Shown: positions 27,500 to 37,790, numbered from the stretch's first letter. The stretch is 60,416 bases of DNA from Oliverpabstia sp. (GCA_051888835.1 JBJFCH010000082.1:10426-70841), one strand, 5' to 3'. Program-made: numbers and translations. The notes: a model not told the origin generated them from the letters alone.

Positions 27500-30001
27500 A
27501 TGAAAATCTGTACCAGAGTTCTTGATGTAAAACTGAATGAAAACTATGTATCAATTTTCACTGATGGAACAGAAATCCGTATTCTTTTCCTGACAGATTC
27601 CATCATTCGTATCCGCGCAGGATTTGATGGTGATTTTGCTGAGGAATCCTACAGTCTGGTGATGACTGCATGGGAAGATCGCATGGATGATTTCCTGAAA
27701 AACTATCGTAGACGGATCACAGCAGCAGAGATGAAGCTGGAAGATGGAGAAGAAAAAGCAGTCATTCAGGGAAAAAAACTGAAAGTGGTTGTAGAAAAGG
27801 ATCCGTTCCGTATCTGTGTTTATGACGCAGAGGGTACTATGCTGCATGCCGACATCGTGGATCTGGCTTATCAGGAAGACAGCAATCATCGCCGTATTCA
27901 TACCAGCGAGATTTCTCCGGATGACTGCTTTTATGGTTTTGGAGAAAAAAGTGGTGAATTTAACAAAGCTCAGAAATTTATGAATATGAGTCCGAAGGAT
28001 GCTATGGGTTACAATCCCAAAGAGACAGATTCTCTGTATAAACATATCCCATTTTATATCAAACTGAATCGTGTAACGAAAAAGGCAGTGGGATATTATT
28101 ATCACAATACTTACGAATGTGATTTTGACATGGGTAAGGAAAAGAGTAATTACTGGAAAATGCACAGCCGTTACCGTGTGGATGGAGGAGATATCGACCT
28201 GTTCCTGATTACCGGACCGACTGTCCGTGAGGTTGTTGAGCGTTATACAGATTTGACCGGAAAATCAGCTCTGCTTCCGCGGTATGCACTGGGATATCTG
28301 GGTTCCTCCATGTATTATCCGGAGCTGGAATCTGACTGTGACGATGCCATCATAGATTTTATTGACACTACAAAAGAAGAACAGATTCCTGTGGACGGTT
28401 TCCAGCTTTCTTCCGGATACTGTACGGTAGAGACAGATAAGGGTGTAAAGAGATGTGTATTTACATGGAATAAAAAGCGTTTTAAAGATCCGAAAGATTT
28501 CTTCAAACAGATGGCGGACAGGGGAATCACAGTTACTCCAAATGTAAAACCGGGTATGCTTCTGATTCATCCGATGCTGGAAGATATGAAAGCGAAAAAT
28601 ATGTTTGTAAAAGCCAGCAACAGTGACGAACCGGGTGTGGGAACCTGGTGGGGAGGAAAAGGTGTATTTGTAGATTATACCAATGCCGATACCCGTAAAT
28701 ACTGGAAAGAGCTTCTGAAAGAAAATGTACTGGATTATGGTACTTGTTCTGTATGGAATGATAACTGTGAATATGACAGTATGGTTGACAAAGACTGCCG
28801 TTGTGATTTTGAAGGAAAGGGCGGAACCATCGGACAGTTAAAATCAGTAATGTCCAATATCATGTGCCATATTACAGATGAGGCAGTGCATGAGACCTTT
28901 GATAATACCAGACCGTATATCGTATGCCGTTCCGGTCACTGTGGTATCCAGCGTTATGCACAGACATGGGCGGGGGATAATCTTACCTGTTGGGAAGCAC
29001 TGAAATATAATATTGCCACGATCCTTGGAATGGGACTCTCCGGAGTAGCTAATCAGGGATGTGATATCGGTGGATTCTATGGTCCGGCACCGGAGGGAGA
29101 ATTATTTATCCGTTGGATCCAGAATGGAATCTTCCAGCCACGTTTCTCCATTCATTCTACCAACACTGATAATACAGTAACAGAACCATGGATGTACAGT
29201 GATCTGAAAGACGATATCCGTAAAGCAATTGAGTTCCGTTATCAGCTGAGTCCCTATTTATACTCACTGACTGAGAGAGCACATGAAACAGGACTCCCCA
29301 TTATGGAAGCTATGTGCAGTGCATTCCAGAATGATCCGAAATGCTATGACGAAGGTGTTAATTTTATGTTCGGAGATTCTCTTCTGGTTGCCAATGTGGT
29401 GGAAAAGGGAGCAACAACCCGCAGCATTTATCTGCCGGAAGGTGATACCTTCTATGATTTCTACACCAGACAGCCGTATACCGGCGGACAGACGATTGAG
29501 ATTCCGGTAACCATCAGCAGTATTCCGCTGTTTGTGAGAAGTGGAGCGATCGTTCCAATGGCAACAAATAAATTAAATAATCTCTGTACCCAGCAGGCAA
29601 CAGGAATATCCATTTTGTGCGCAGCTGATAAAGACGGAAAATTCTGTCTGTACGAGGATGACGGTGTTTCCATGAGTTATGAAAAGGGAGAGTATCTGAA
29701 AACAGATATTACCATGACTGTGGGAGAGCGTACTTATCTGGATTTCAAACAGGAAGGAAATTACCGTACTGCAGTGGAAACCATGTCTATTGATATGATC
29801 CACAGAGACAAGGCGCCTTACTGGGTGACTGTAGATGGAGAAATGATTCCGCATTTTCTGCATCGCAGAAAATTTGAGGAAGCAGAATGTGGCTGGTACT
29901 ACAGCCAGCGTCTGAAATCTGTTCAGATTAAATACCGTAATCCCAAAAAAGATTATCAGGTTCTTGTATCATTTGAACAGTTTGACTTAATAGGAATGTA
30001 A
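27500..30001 (+). CDS. GH31 glycoside hydrolase (Aec37-like clade)
   Basis: YGFGEK, LYKHIPF, FQLSSGY, nucleophile motif WNDNCE, QRYAQTWAGDN, DIGGF, YEDDG; RBS AAGGGGG before ATG 27500. Confidence 0.9.
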   Translation: MKICTRVLDVKLNENYVSIFTDGTEIRILFLTDSIIRIRAGFDGDFAEESYSLVMTAWEDRMDDFLKNYRRRITAAEMKLEDGEEKAVIQGKKLKVVVEKDPFRICVYDAEGTMLHADIVDLAYQEDSNHRRIHTSEISPDDCFYGFGEKSGEFNKAQKFMNMSPKDAMGYNPKETDSLYKHIPFYIKLNRVTKKAVGYYYHNTYECDFDMGKEKSNYWKMHSRYRVDGGDIDLFLITGPTVREVVERYTDLTGKSALLPRYALGYLGSSMYYPELESDCDDAIIDFIDTTKEEQIPVDGFQLSSGYCTVETDKGVKRCVFTWNKKRFKDPKDFFKQMADRGITVTPNVKPGMLLIHPMLEDMKAKNMFVKASNSDEPGVGTWWGGKGVFVDYTNADTRKYWKELLKENVLDYGTCSVWNDNCEYDSMVDKDCRCDFEGKGGTIGQLKSVMSNIMCHITDEAVHETFDNTRPYIVCRSGHCGIQRYAQTWAGDNLTCWEALKYNIATILGMGLSGVANQGCDIGGFYGPAPEGELFIRWIQNGIFQPRFSIHSTNTDNTVTEPWMYSDLKDDIRKAIEFRYQLSPYLYSLTERAHETGLPIMEAMCSAFQNDPKCYDEGVNFMFGDSLLVANVVEKGATTRSIYLPEGDTFYDFYTRQPYTGGQTIEIPVTISSIPLFVRSGAIVPMATNKLNNLCTQQATGISILCAADKDGKFCLYEDDGVSMSYEKGEYLKTDITMTVGERTYLDFKQEGNYRTAVETMSIDMIHRDKAPYWVTVDGEMIPHFLHRRKFEEAECGWYYSQRLKSVQIKYRNPKKDYQVLVSFEQFDLIGM

Positions 30002-30018
30002 ACAGGAGAACGAACACA

Positions 30019-30051
30019 ATGAAAAGATTAGCAGCGATTGCAGTATTTTAA
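30019..30051 (+). pseudogene. Truncated gene start (MKRLAAIAVF*), signal-peptide-like remnant
   Basis: RBS AGGAGA right after the GH31 stop; 10 codons resembling a signal peptide N-region. Confidence 0.35.
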
Positions 30052-30073
30052 GCTTTTCATTTAAGAAAAAGAG

Positions 30074-30130
30074 TATCCCGTGGAATTCGATGCTTTTGGG
30101 CATGATCCTCCACGGGATATTTCTGTTTTC
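30074..30130 (+). terminator. Terminator after GH31 gene
   Basis: TATCCCGTGGA...TCCACGGGATA followed by TTTCTGTTTT. Confidence 0.75.
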
Positions 30131-30298
30131 CGAAACATTCTTTCGCCTAAACTGTTTTCTGACCATTTTTATGGGTACATTATAGATTCAAATTAACAAT
30201 TCTGTAACATTATACAAACATAACTTGAACATAAGTGTTTTATACTACAACGGATTTTAGAAAAATGCAGATATATTTTCTTTGTTGTGGGGTGTATA

Positions 30299-31228
30299 AT
30301 GGATTTGCAAAAAATGTTGAAAATAATGAAAAAAATATTCTTTCTGCCTCCTGTTCCTACAATTCTGCTGGCGGTGCCTTCTTTTGCGCTTGTGATATGG
30401 GTGCTTGTGCGTGGTGATATTAATCCTGCTATTTCCTATGCCGCATATATTCTGTCTGCATATGCTCTGATCATTTCGGTTATAGGTACCATAAAAGCAG
30501 TGAAATGGATTCGGGCAGGTTTTATGGAACATCCATTAGTTAAAAAAGTGTTGGGTATTTCCACGGTTGAACGGTATTTGAAAGAAACTATGTTCCGTGC
30601 GGAGATATCTCTGTATCCGGGACTTTTTATTAATCTGTTTTATGCGGGTATCAAGCTGTTTTCCGGAATCCGTTATCGTTCTGTCTGGTTTGGGACGCTG
30701 GCTGTGTATTATATCCTTCTGGCAGTGATGCGTTTTTCTTTGCTCCATCATGTAAGAACGAAAGGGATCAGTCAGGAAAAACAGATCGATGAGTTATACA
30801 GATGCCGTTTATGTGGGATTGTTTTGATGGCATTGGACTGGGCATTGGCGGGAATTATCATTCTTGCAGTAAGTAAAAACAGTGGTTTTAGCTATCCGGG
30901 CATGCTTATTTATCTGATAGCAATGTATACCTTTTATGCAGTGATCACAGCTATCATGAATGTAATAAAGTTCAGAAAATATGGAAGCCCGATAATGTCA
31001 GCAGCAAAAGTAATCAATCTTACCGCGGCATTGGTGTCGATGCTTTCACTGGAAACTGCAATGATTACCCAGTTTGGGGCGGCAAAAGATGGAGTGTTTC
31101 GGCAACAAATGACAGCATTGACGGGGGCGGGAGTAATTATACTCGTGCTGGGAATGGCTGTCTATATGATTATAAAAACAACAAAACAGATTAAAAAAAT
31201 AAAAGTAGCAGGAGGTAGGAATACTTGA
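30299..31228 (+). CDS. Multi-pass membrane protein of unknown function
   Basis: About 8 hydrophobic segments; stop overlaps response regulator start; start uncertain (30299 or 30326). Confidence 0.75.
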   Translation: MDLQKMLKIMKKIFFLPPVPTILLAVPSFALVIWVLVRGDINPAISYAAYILSAYALIISVIGTIKAVKWIRAGFMEHPLVKKVLGISTVERYLKETMFRAEISLYPGLFINLFYAGIKLFSGIRYRSVWFGTLAVYYILLAVMRFSLLHHVRTKGISQEKQIDELYRCRLCGIVLMALDWALAGIIILAVSKNSGFSYPGMLIYLIAMYTFYAVITAIMNVIKFRKYGSPIMSAAKVINLTAALVSMLSLETAMITQFGAAKDGVFRQQMTALTGAGVIILVLGMAVYMIIKTTKQIKKIKVAGGRNT

Positions 31229-31896
31229 TTAATATTCTTGTGGTAGAAGATGATGCGAGATTGAATCAGACGGTTTGTACGTACTTAAATGACAGCGGCT
31301 TTCGTGCGAAGGGATGTTTGAATGCCAGTGAAGCATATGATGAAATGTATCATAATATGTACGAACTGATTATTTCTGATATTATGATGCCTGAGATTGA
31401 TGGCTTTGAATTTGCAGAGACAGTAAGGCGTGTGAATAAACATATTCCCATCCTGTTTATGTCTGCGAAGGATGATCTTCCGTCGAAACAGAAAGGTTTT
31501 CAACTGGGAATTGATGATTATATGGTAAAACCAGTGGAACTGGGGGAACTTTTGCTTCGCGTCCGTGCGCTTCTACGTCGTGCAAATATTGAAATGGATC
31601 GAAAATTGACAGCTGGAAATCTGGAACTGGATGCAGATGCCATGACTGCAACCGTAGATGGGGAAGAAATTCCGATAACAACCAGAGAATTTAATATTAT
31701 TTATAAATTACTCTCTTACCCGAAAAAGACATTTTCCAGGGCTCAGCTGATGGATGAGTTTTGGGGAGTGGACAGTGAAACCAGCCTGCGTGCGGTAGAT
31801 GTTTACATTACCAAGCTTCGGGATAAATTCTCAGGCTGTGACGGTTTTGAAATAAAAACGGTCAGAGGACTTGGATATAAGGCGGTGCTGAAATGA
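31225..31896 (+). CDS. OmpR-family response regulator (HssR-like)
   Basis: ILVVEDD, SDIMMP, DDYMVKP, winged-helix RAVDVYITKLR, VRGLGY; TTG start with GGAGGT RBS. Confidence 0.93.
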   Translation: MINILVVEDDARLNQTVCTYLNDSGFRAKGCLNASEAYDEMYHNMYELIISDIMMPEIDGFEFAETVRRVNKHIPILFMSAKDDLPSKQKGFQLGIDDYMVKPVELGELLLRVRALLRRANIEMDRKLTAGNLELDADAMTATVDGEEIPITTREFNIIYKLLSYPKKTFSRAQLMDEFWGVDSETSLRAVDVYITKLRDKFSGCDGFEIKTVRGLGYKAVLK

Positions 31897-32987
31897 AAGA
31901 AGAAAAGCAAATGAGGCAGGTACGTCAGTCCCGTTTTCCTGTATCCCTTTTCGGTATTCTTTTTGGGGTATTGCTATTGATGTCAGGTATTCATGTGGGG
32001 CTTATTGTGTGGATGAATGAAATCAATATGAATCAATGGATGCAGACGGTGATTCCGTTGATTTACTGGGCTTTGGTTGCAGGCAGTCTGACACTTTATA
32101 CGCGATATCGTATGAAAAAAGCTTATGAAATTCCTATGCAGACATTGGCAAAGGCAACCAGTCAGGTGGCTCATGGAGATTTTTCCGTATATGTACCCAC
32201 CATTAACACTCCGGACAAATGGGATTATCTTGATATTATGATCATGGATTTTAATAAAATGGTGGAAGAACTGGGGAGTATGGAGACATTAAAAACAGAT
32301 TTTTTCTCCAATGTTTCTCATGAGTTTAAGACTCCTCTTGCAGTTATTTATAATAATGCACAGCTTCTGGACAGAGAAGAAACTGCAGAAGAAAACAAAA
32401 AAGAATATATCCATAATATTTTAAAAGCATCGAAACGTCTGGCGGATCTGATCATGAATATGTTGAAGCTGAACAAGCTGGAAAAGCAGACAATCCAGCC
32501 GGCTCCGGAAAAATATGATCTATGCCGGCAGCTTTGTGAGTGTGCACTGCAGTTTGAAGATGTATGGGAAAATAAAGATATTGAGATTGAAGTGGATATA
32601 GAAGAACGACGGATGATCATGGCAGATCCGGGGTTACTGGAACTGGTGTGGACAAACCTGTTATCCAATGCTGTAAAATTCACACCGCCCGGAGGAACTG
32701 TAACTCTGACACAGATTTCGGATCAGAACAGTATTACAGTTTCTGTGGCGGATACCGGATGCGGCATGGATGAAAAGACCATGGCGCATATTTATGAGAA
32801 GTTTTTTCAGGGAGATTCCTCTCATTCTACAGAAGGAAATGGTTTGGGACTGGCTCTTGTAAAGAGGATCCTGCAATTATCGGAGGGGCGTATTTCGGTA
32901 GAAAGTACAGTAGGGAAAGGGACGGTGTTTACAGTGAGACTTCCTTTGGACTCGGAAGAAGAGAAAGAAAGTCAGGGGGTGTTGTGA
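31893..32987 (+). CDS. Sensor histidine kinase (2 closely spaced TMs, HAMP, HisKA, HATPase)
   Basis: SHEFKTPL, NLLSNAVKF, DTGCG, GNGLGL. Confidence 0.93.
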   Translation: MKEEKQMRQVRQSRFPVSLFGILFGVLLLMSGIHVGLIVWMNEINMNQWMQTVIPLIYWALVAGSLTLYTRYRMKKAYEIPMQTLAKATSQVAHGDFSVYVPTINTPDKWDYLDIMIMDFNKMVEELGSMETLKTDFFSNVSHEFKTPLAVIYNNAQLLDREETAEENKKEYIHNILKASKRLADLIMNMLKLNKLEKQTIQPAPEKYDLCRQLCECALQFEDVWENKDIEIEVDIEERRMIMADPGLLELVWTNLLSNAVKFTPPGGTVTLTQISDQNSITVSVADTGCGMDEKTMAHIYEKFFQGDSSHSTEGNGLGLALVKRILQLSEGRISVESTVGKGTVFTVRLPLDSEEEKESQGVL

Positions 32988-33520
32988 TGCGGGAACAAAA
33001 AAATTTTGTGGGATATGATTATAAAGACATTATTGTTCCGCCGGAACAGGTTTCCATGTATTTGGACTGTTATGAAAATTTTGGATGGACAATAAATGAA
33101 TATTTGTCGGAAAAACAGGTTATGATCCGCGGACAGCACCACCTGAAAATTTCCATGAAGCGAAATCGTAAAATTGTGAATAAAATGGAATTGACGCGTT
33201 TGCAGAGAAATTTTGAAGCCTGCGCTCATGAGATTCAGCTTCTGGAAAAAGCAAAGACGCGAAAGCCGATGATATGGTCATTATCGATCGGAATACTTGG
33301 AACGGTGTTTATGACAGGTTCAACATTTGCTGCTGTCAGTGAACCTCCGGTTGTATGGCTGTGTATATTGTTGGCCATACCGGGTTTTGTCGGCTGGATA
33401 GTTCCTTATTTTTTGTATCGTTATATGGCAGTCCAGGAAGAAAAAAAATATACTCCGTTAATTGAAGAAAAACTGGATGAAATTTATCAGATCTGTGAAA
33501 AAGGACATTCATTGTTGTAA
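32984..33520 (+). CDS. Hypothetical membrane protein (2 C-terminal TMs)
   Basis: Overlaps kinase stop; two hydrophobic helices. Confidence 0.7.
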   Translation: MMREQKNFVGYDYKDIIVPPEQVSMYLDCYENFGWTINEYLSEKQVMIRGQHHLKISMKRNRKIVNKMELTRLQRNFEACAHEIQLLEKAKTRKPMIWSLSIGILGTVFMTGSTFAAVSEPPVVWLCILLAIPGFVGWIVPYFLYRYMAVQEEKKYTPLIEEKLDEIYQICEKGHSLL

Positions 33521-33567
33521 TCAGTAACAAGGGATTTGCAGGAAAATGAGTGCGGCAGTCGGTTCAC

Positions 33568-33596
33568 TTGACATGAGTAGGGATTAATGTTATTTT
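33568..33596 (+). promoter_or_regulatory. Sigma-A promoter
   Basis: TTGACA-17-TATTTT with extended TG. Confidence 0.55.
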
Positions 33597-33622
33597 TATG
33601 GAAAAATCCGGGAGGGATGTAA

Positions 33623-35230
33623 GTGTTACAGGAAACTACGGGGGTATTGAAAAATAAGGTATTTTTATATCTGACAGAATTTTTTGCGGGAATGTCTGTG
33701 ATGGCAGTGGAACTGGGGGCAAGCCGGTTACTGGCGCCTTATTTCAGTTCATCGCAGATCGTGTGGACGATTATTATAGGGACTATTATGATCGCCATGG
33801 CATTGGGCAATATTTATGGAGGAAAAAGTGCGGATAAATCTCCGAATCCGGATAAGCTGTATGGAAGGATATTAATTGCGGCCATCTGGATTGCTTTGAT
33901 TCCTGTAGTGGGAAAATATATTATTCTTGGAATATCAGCACTACTCATTTTTACAGTGAATAATAACTTTTTGATTATTGCCGCATTTTGTGCCTGCATG
34001 GTTATTTTTGTGTTTCCATTGTTTTTGCTTGGAACGGTTACACCGTCTCTTGTAAAATACACGGTGGACAGTCTGGATGACAGTGGAAAAACTGTTGGGA
34101 CACTTGGTGCTTTCAATACGATCGGAAGTATTATCGGAACTTTTGTACCGACTTTTGTGACGATTCCTGCAGTAGGGACGTCTATTACATTCCTGATATT
34201 TTCCGGAATATTGATTGCTTTGGCATGTATTTATTTTTTAAGCAAGCACAAAGGAAAAAAGAAAATAGCGGTATCTGTTGTAGCATTTTTATTATGCTGT
34301 GCACTTGGATATTCCGATTCGTTTGCATTCTGGCAGAATGACCTGACATATGAGGGAGAATCGGTTTATAATTATCTGCAGGTTTCCGAGACGGACAGGC
34401 GGGTGGTGCTTTCTACTAATGTTTTGTTTGGAGTACAGTCTGTATACATGAAAGACGATGAACTTACGGGGATGTATTATGATTATGCAATGGCAGCACC
34501 GCTTATGGTACCTGATAAAGAAGTATCGGATATGGATGTGTTGATCCTTGGAATGGGAACAGGCACTTATGCGACACAGTGCAGAAAATATTTTGGTGAC
34601 ATGGATATGGAAGGTGTGGAGATCGATGAGAAGATTACAAATCTTTCCAGAGAGTATTTTTCACTTCCGGATGATGTGAAAGTTACTACTTATGACGGCA
34701 GAGCATTTCTGAACGCAGTGGATAAAAAATATGATGTGATCATGGTAGATGCCTATCAGGATATTACTATTCCGTTTCAGATGTCTTCGACAGAATTTTT
34801 CACTCTTGTGGAAGAACATTTAACTGAAAATGGCGTTATGGTTGTAAATATGAATATGAGAGGGACCGAAGAAGGAAATATTAATCAATATCTTTCCGAT
34901 ACGATCGGTTCTGTCTTTGATGCCGTTTATACTGTGGATGTAAAAGACACGACCAACCGGGAATTATTTGCTTCCAATAATAAAGAAATTCTTTCTGTTT
35001 TAAAAGAGAATACAGAAAAACCGGATGATCAGGAGCTTAGAGAAATGATGGGGGAAGTTGCTGATGATTGCAGTAAATATACAGCCGGAGACTATATCAT
35101 GACAGATGATAAAGCACCGGTGGAGCTTCTTGGGATGCAGGTCATTGACCAGCTGATCCAGGATGAAGTGATATATTATAAAGAAATATATGAACAGGAA
35201 GGAATCAAAGGATTGCTTGAAAATCTTTGA
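33623..35230 (+). CDS. Fused MFS-like membrane domain / spermidine synthase-like SAM-dependent transferase
   Basis: N-terminal TM region (ELGASRLLAPYFSSS); ILGMGTG, VEIDE, DGRAFL, YDVIMVDAY; GTG start with GGAGG. Confidence 0.85.
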   Translation: MLQETTGVLKNKVFLYLTEFFAGMSVMAVELGASRLLAPYFSSSQIVWTIIIGTIMIAMALGNIYGGKSADKSPNPDKLYGRILIAAIWIALIPVVGKYIILGISALLIFTVNNNFLIIAAFCACMVIFVFPLFLLGTVTPSLVKYTVDSLDDSGKTVGTLGAFNTIGSIIGTFVPTFVTIPAVGTSITFLIFSGILIALACIYFLSKHKGKKKIAVSVVAFLLCCALGYSDSFAFWQNDLTYEGESVYNYLQVSETDRRVVLSTNVLFGVQSVYMKDDELTGMYYDYAMAAPLMVPDKEVSDMDVLILGMGTGTYATQCRKYFGDMDMEGVEIDEKITNLSREYFSLPDDVKVTTYDGRAFLNAVDKKYDVIMVDAYQDITIPFQMSSTEFFTLVEEHLTENGVMVVNMNMRGTEEGNINQYLSDTIGSVFDAVYTVDVKDTTNRELFASNNKEILSVLKENTEKPDDQELREMMGEVADDCSKYTAGDYIMTDDKAPVELLGMQVIDQLIQDEVIYYKEIYEQEGIKGLLENL

Positions 35231-35252
35231 TATATAAGTGATATAATAAACA

Positions 35253-35415
35253 TTTTTGGCAGATAGCTCGTTCTAATGTTCTTTATATCGATGAAATAAT
35301 AAGAGATCATCAGAGAGAAGCCAAAGAATTTCTTATCTATCTGTCGGTTTTTTAGAGAAAACCATAATTTTTTCGGAGAGAGATTCGAAAAAGAGGACAG
35401 CTATCTGCCGAAAAA
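35253..35415. repeat. Intergenic segment bounded by ~16-bp inverted repeats
   Basis: TTTTTGGCAGATAGCT ... AGCTATCTGCCGAAAAA. Confidence 0.5.
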
Positions 35416-35533
35416 GCTTTCTCCTACAGAAATTGAATAGGGCAGAGGAATTTAGATGATAAAATATTGTTTTAGCATGACGATTTTGCTATTCTATTAA
35501 TAATAAATACTTAATTGCGGGAGAGGAACAGAG

Positions 35534-36127
35534 ATGAGTAAAAGAAACTGGCCGGACAGGAAAGAAGCGGAACAGATATTGAAGGAAGCGGAACCGTTAA
35601 ATCCTGGTCCATGGGTGGATCATTGCAGGGTTGCGGCAGAGTGTGCGGAAAAAATAGCAGAAGCATGTGGTGATATGGATTCTGAGAAAGCTTATGTTCT
35701 GGGATTGCTTCATGATATCGGAAGGAGATTTGGTGTAAAGCATCTTGGACATGTCTATGACGGATATGTTTATATGATGGAATTGGGCTATCCGGATGTA
35801 GCAAGAATCTGTCTGACTCACTCCTTCAACACACAGAATATTCATGACTATATCGGCAGATTTGATATTTCTAAAGAACAGCAAAACGTTTTGGAAGAGG
35901 CTCTTGCTGTGTGTGAATATGATGACTATGACCGTCTGATCCAGCTTTGTGACAGCATTGCCGGAGCAGAGGGCGTGATGAAGATCGAGGAGCGGATGAG
36001 TGATGTAAAACGCAGATATGGCAGTTATCCACAGGAAAAATGGGATAAGAATCTGGAACTGAAGAAATATTTTGAAGATAAGATCGGTAAAAATATCGAT
36101 CAGTGTTTTATATTCAAAACTGTATAA
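35534..36127 (+). CDS. HD-domain phosphohydrolase
   Basis: H...GLLHDIG...H...H...CD metal-binding pattern. Confidence 0.88.
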   Translation: MSKRNWPDRKEAEQILKEAEPLNPGPWVDHCRVAAECAEKIAEACGDMDSEKAYVLGLLHDIGRRFGVKHLGHVYDGYVYMMELGYPDVARICLTHSFNTQNIHDYIGRFDISKEQQNVLEEALAVCEYDDYDRLIQLCDSIAGAEGVMKIEERMSDVKRRYGSYPQEKWDKNLELKKYFEDKIGKNIDQCFIFKTV

Positions 36128-36310
36128 AGGGGGCATTAGCATTTCTTAGAACTTTTTTGGACAGGAACTTATTTTAAGATTACAACAAATGGGTGTTTTC
36201 TTTATGTTTCTTTTCCATATAAAGCATTTCTGATAATTATACAAATTTCGATTCAACAGGTCAATAACATTACAACCCCGGCGGAACAGTGGCACTTGAA
36301 CAGTAATATC

Positions 36311-36327
36311 TTTATACTTTCTTAATA
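36311..36327 (+). promoter_or_regulatory. Putative KdpE binding site
   Basis: TTTATACTTTCTTAATA resembles the E. coli KdpE site TTTATACTTTTTTTACA; upstream of the operon encoding KdpDE. Confidence 0.55.
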
Positions 36328-36393
36328 TTATCCGGAATATTCTAATACAAACTTTAAATAGTAAAAGAGATAATTAAGGCGTCATAAAGATGA

Positions 36394-37770
36394 GTGAGAA
36401 AGCTGGATGTGACACAAATGAAATCTATTTTACACCGGAAAAGACGATTGACTTCGTTTCAGGTTATTACAATTGGTTTTTTATCTGTGATTTTGGTGGG
36501 AAGCATTTTATTGATGCTTCCTGTTTCTTCTAAAAGTGGTCATGCCACTTCTTTTTTGGATGCATTATTTACAGCTACCTCAGCTACCTGTGTAACGGGT
36601 CTGGTGGTATATGATACGGCTACTTACTGGTCTGGTTTTGGACAGCTGGTTATTTTACTGATGATCCAGACAGGAGGTATGGGAGTGGTTACGATTTCGG
36701 TAGCACTGACTGCAATCTCCGGGAGAAAAATCGGACTGATGCAGAGAAGTACCATGCAGGAAGCGATTGCAGCTCCCAGTGTAGGAGGAATTGTAAAACT
36801 GACAGGATTTATATTAAAATCAACGCTGCTGATTGAACTTACAGGAGCGTTATTTATGCTGCCGGTTTTTTTGAAAGAATATGATGGTCTGCAGGGTGTA
36901 TGGTATGCGGTATTCCATTCCATTTCAGCGTTTTGCAATGCCGGATTTGATCTAATGGGAAGCAATACTCCATTTTCTTCACTGACAGGGTATGCTGCAA
37001 ATGGATGGATCAATGCAATCATTATGAGTTTGATCGTGATAGGTGGGATCGGGTTTCTGACATGGGAGGACGTGAGGTACAAAGGAATTCATCTCAGAAA
37101 ATATCGGATGCAAAGTAAAGTGATTCTGGTAATGACGGCAGTTTTGATTATATTTCCGTTTTTCTTCTTTTATTTTGGCGAATTTGGAAGGTCGGTCTGG
37201 AATGATCTGTCGGAAGAAGAAAAAATATGGGGTGCTTTATTTCAGACGGTTACACCCAGGACAGCAGGATTCAATACGGTAGATCTTACTTTATTTACAG
37301 AAGCGGGAAAGATGGTCATGATTCTTCTAATGCTGATTGGAGGTTCCCCTGGTTCTACTGCAGGAGGTATGAAAACAACAACTGCAGCAGTATTATTTAT
37401 GACACTATTTGCAGTATTCAGGAAGAAAGAGGATACTGAGTGCTTCGGAAGAAGGATAGAGGAAGGAACTGTGAAATATGCGGCAACTGTTTTGCTTATG
37501 TATCTGACGTTCTTTCTGACAGGAGGAATTATTATTAGTTATGTTGAACAATTACCGATGTTAACCTGTCTGTTTGAGACCGCTTCTGCAATTGGGACGG
37601 TAGGATTGACATTGGGGATTACACCTCATCTGGGCATCCTGTCAAGATTGATTTTGATTTTACTTATGTTTTTGGGAAGAGTGGGAGGACTGACACTGGT
37701 GTTTGCAGCACTTTCAAATAAACAGAGAAATATATCAAGGCTTCCAAAAGAAAGAATTACGGTTGGTTAG
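36394..37770 (+). CDS. ktrB: Ktr/Trk potassium uptake membrane subunit
   Basis: SATCVTG, SAFCNAGF, RTAGF, GGSPGSTAGGMK, SAIGTVGL, GRVG pore-loop motifs; start may be ATG 36418. Confidence 0.92.
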   Translation: MRKLDVTQMKSILHRKRRLTSFQVITIGFLSVILVGSILLMLPVSSKSGHATSFLDALFTATSATCVTGLVVYDTATYWSGFGQLVILLMIQTGGMGVVTISVALTAISGRKIGLMQRSTMQEAIAAPSVGGIVKLTGFILKSTLLIELTGALFMLPVFLKEYDGLQGVWYAVFHSISAFCNAGFDLMGSNTPFSSLTGYAANGWINAIIMSLIVIGGIGFLTWEDVRYKGIHLRKYRMQSKVILVMTAVLIIFPFFFFYFGEFGRSVWNDLSEEEKIWGALFQTVTPRTAGFNTVDLTLFTEAGKMVMILLMLIGGSPGSTAGGMKTTTAAVLFMTLFAVFRKKEDTECFGRRIEEGTVKYAATVLLMYLTFFLTGGIIISYVEQLPMLTCLFETASAIGTVGLTLGITPHLGILSRLILILLMFLGRVGGLTLVFAALSNKQRNISRLPKERITVG

Positions 37771-37790
37771 AGAGAAAGGACGGAATCAGG

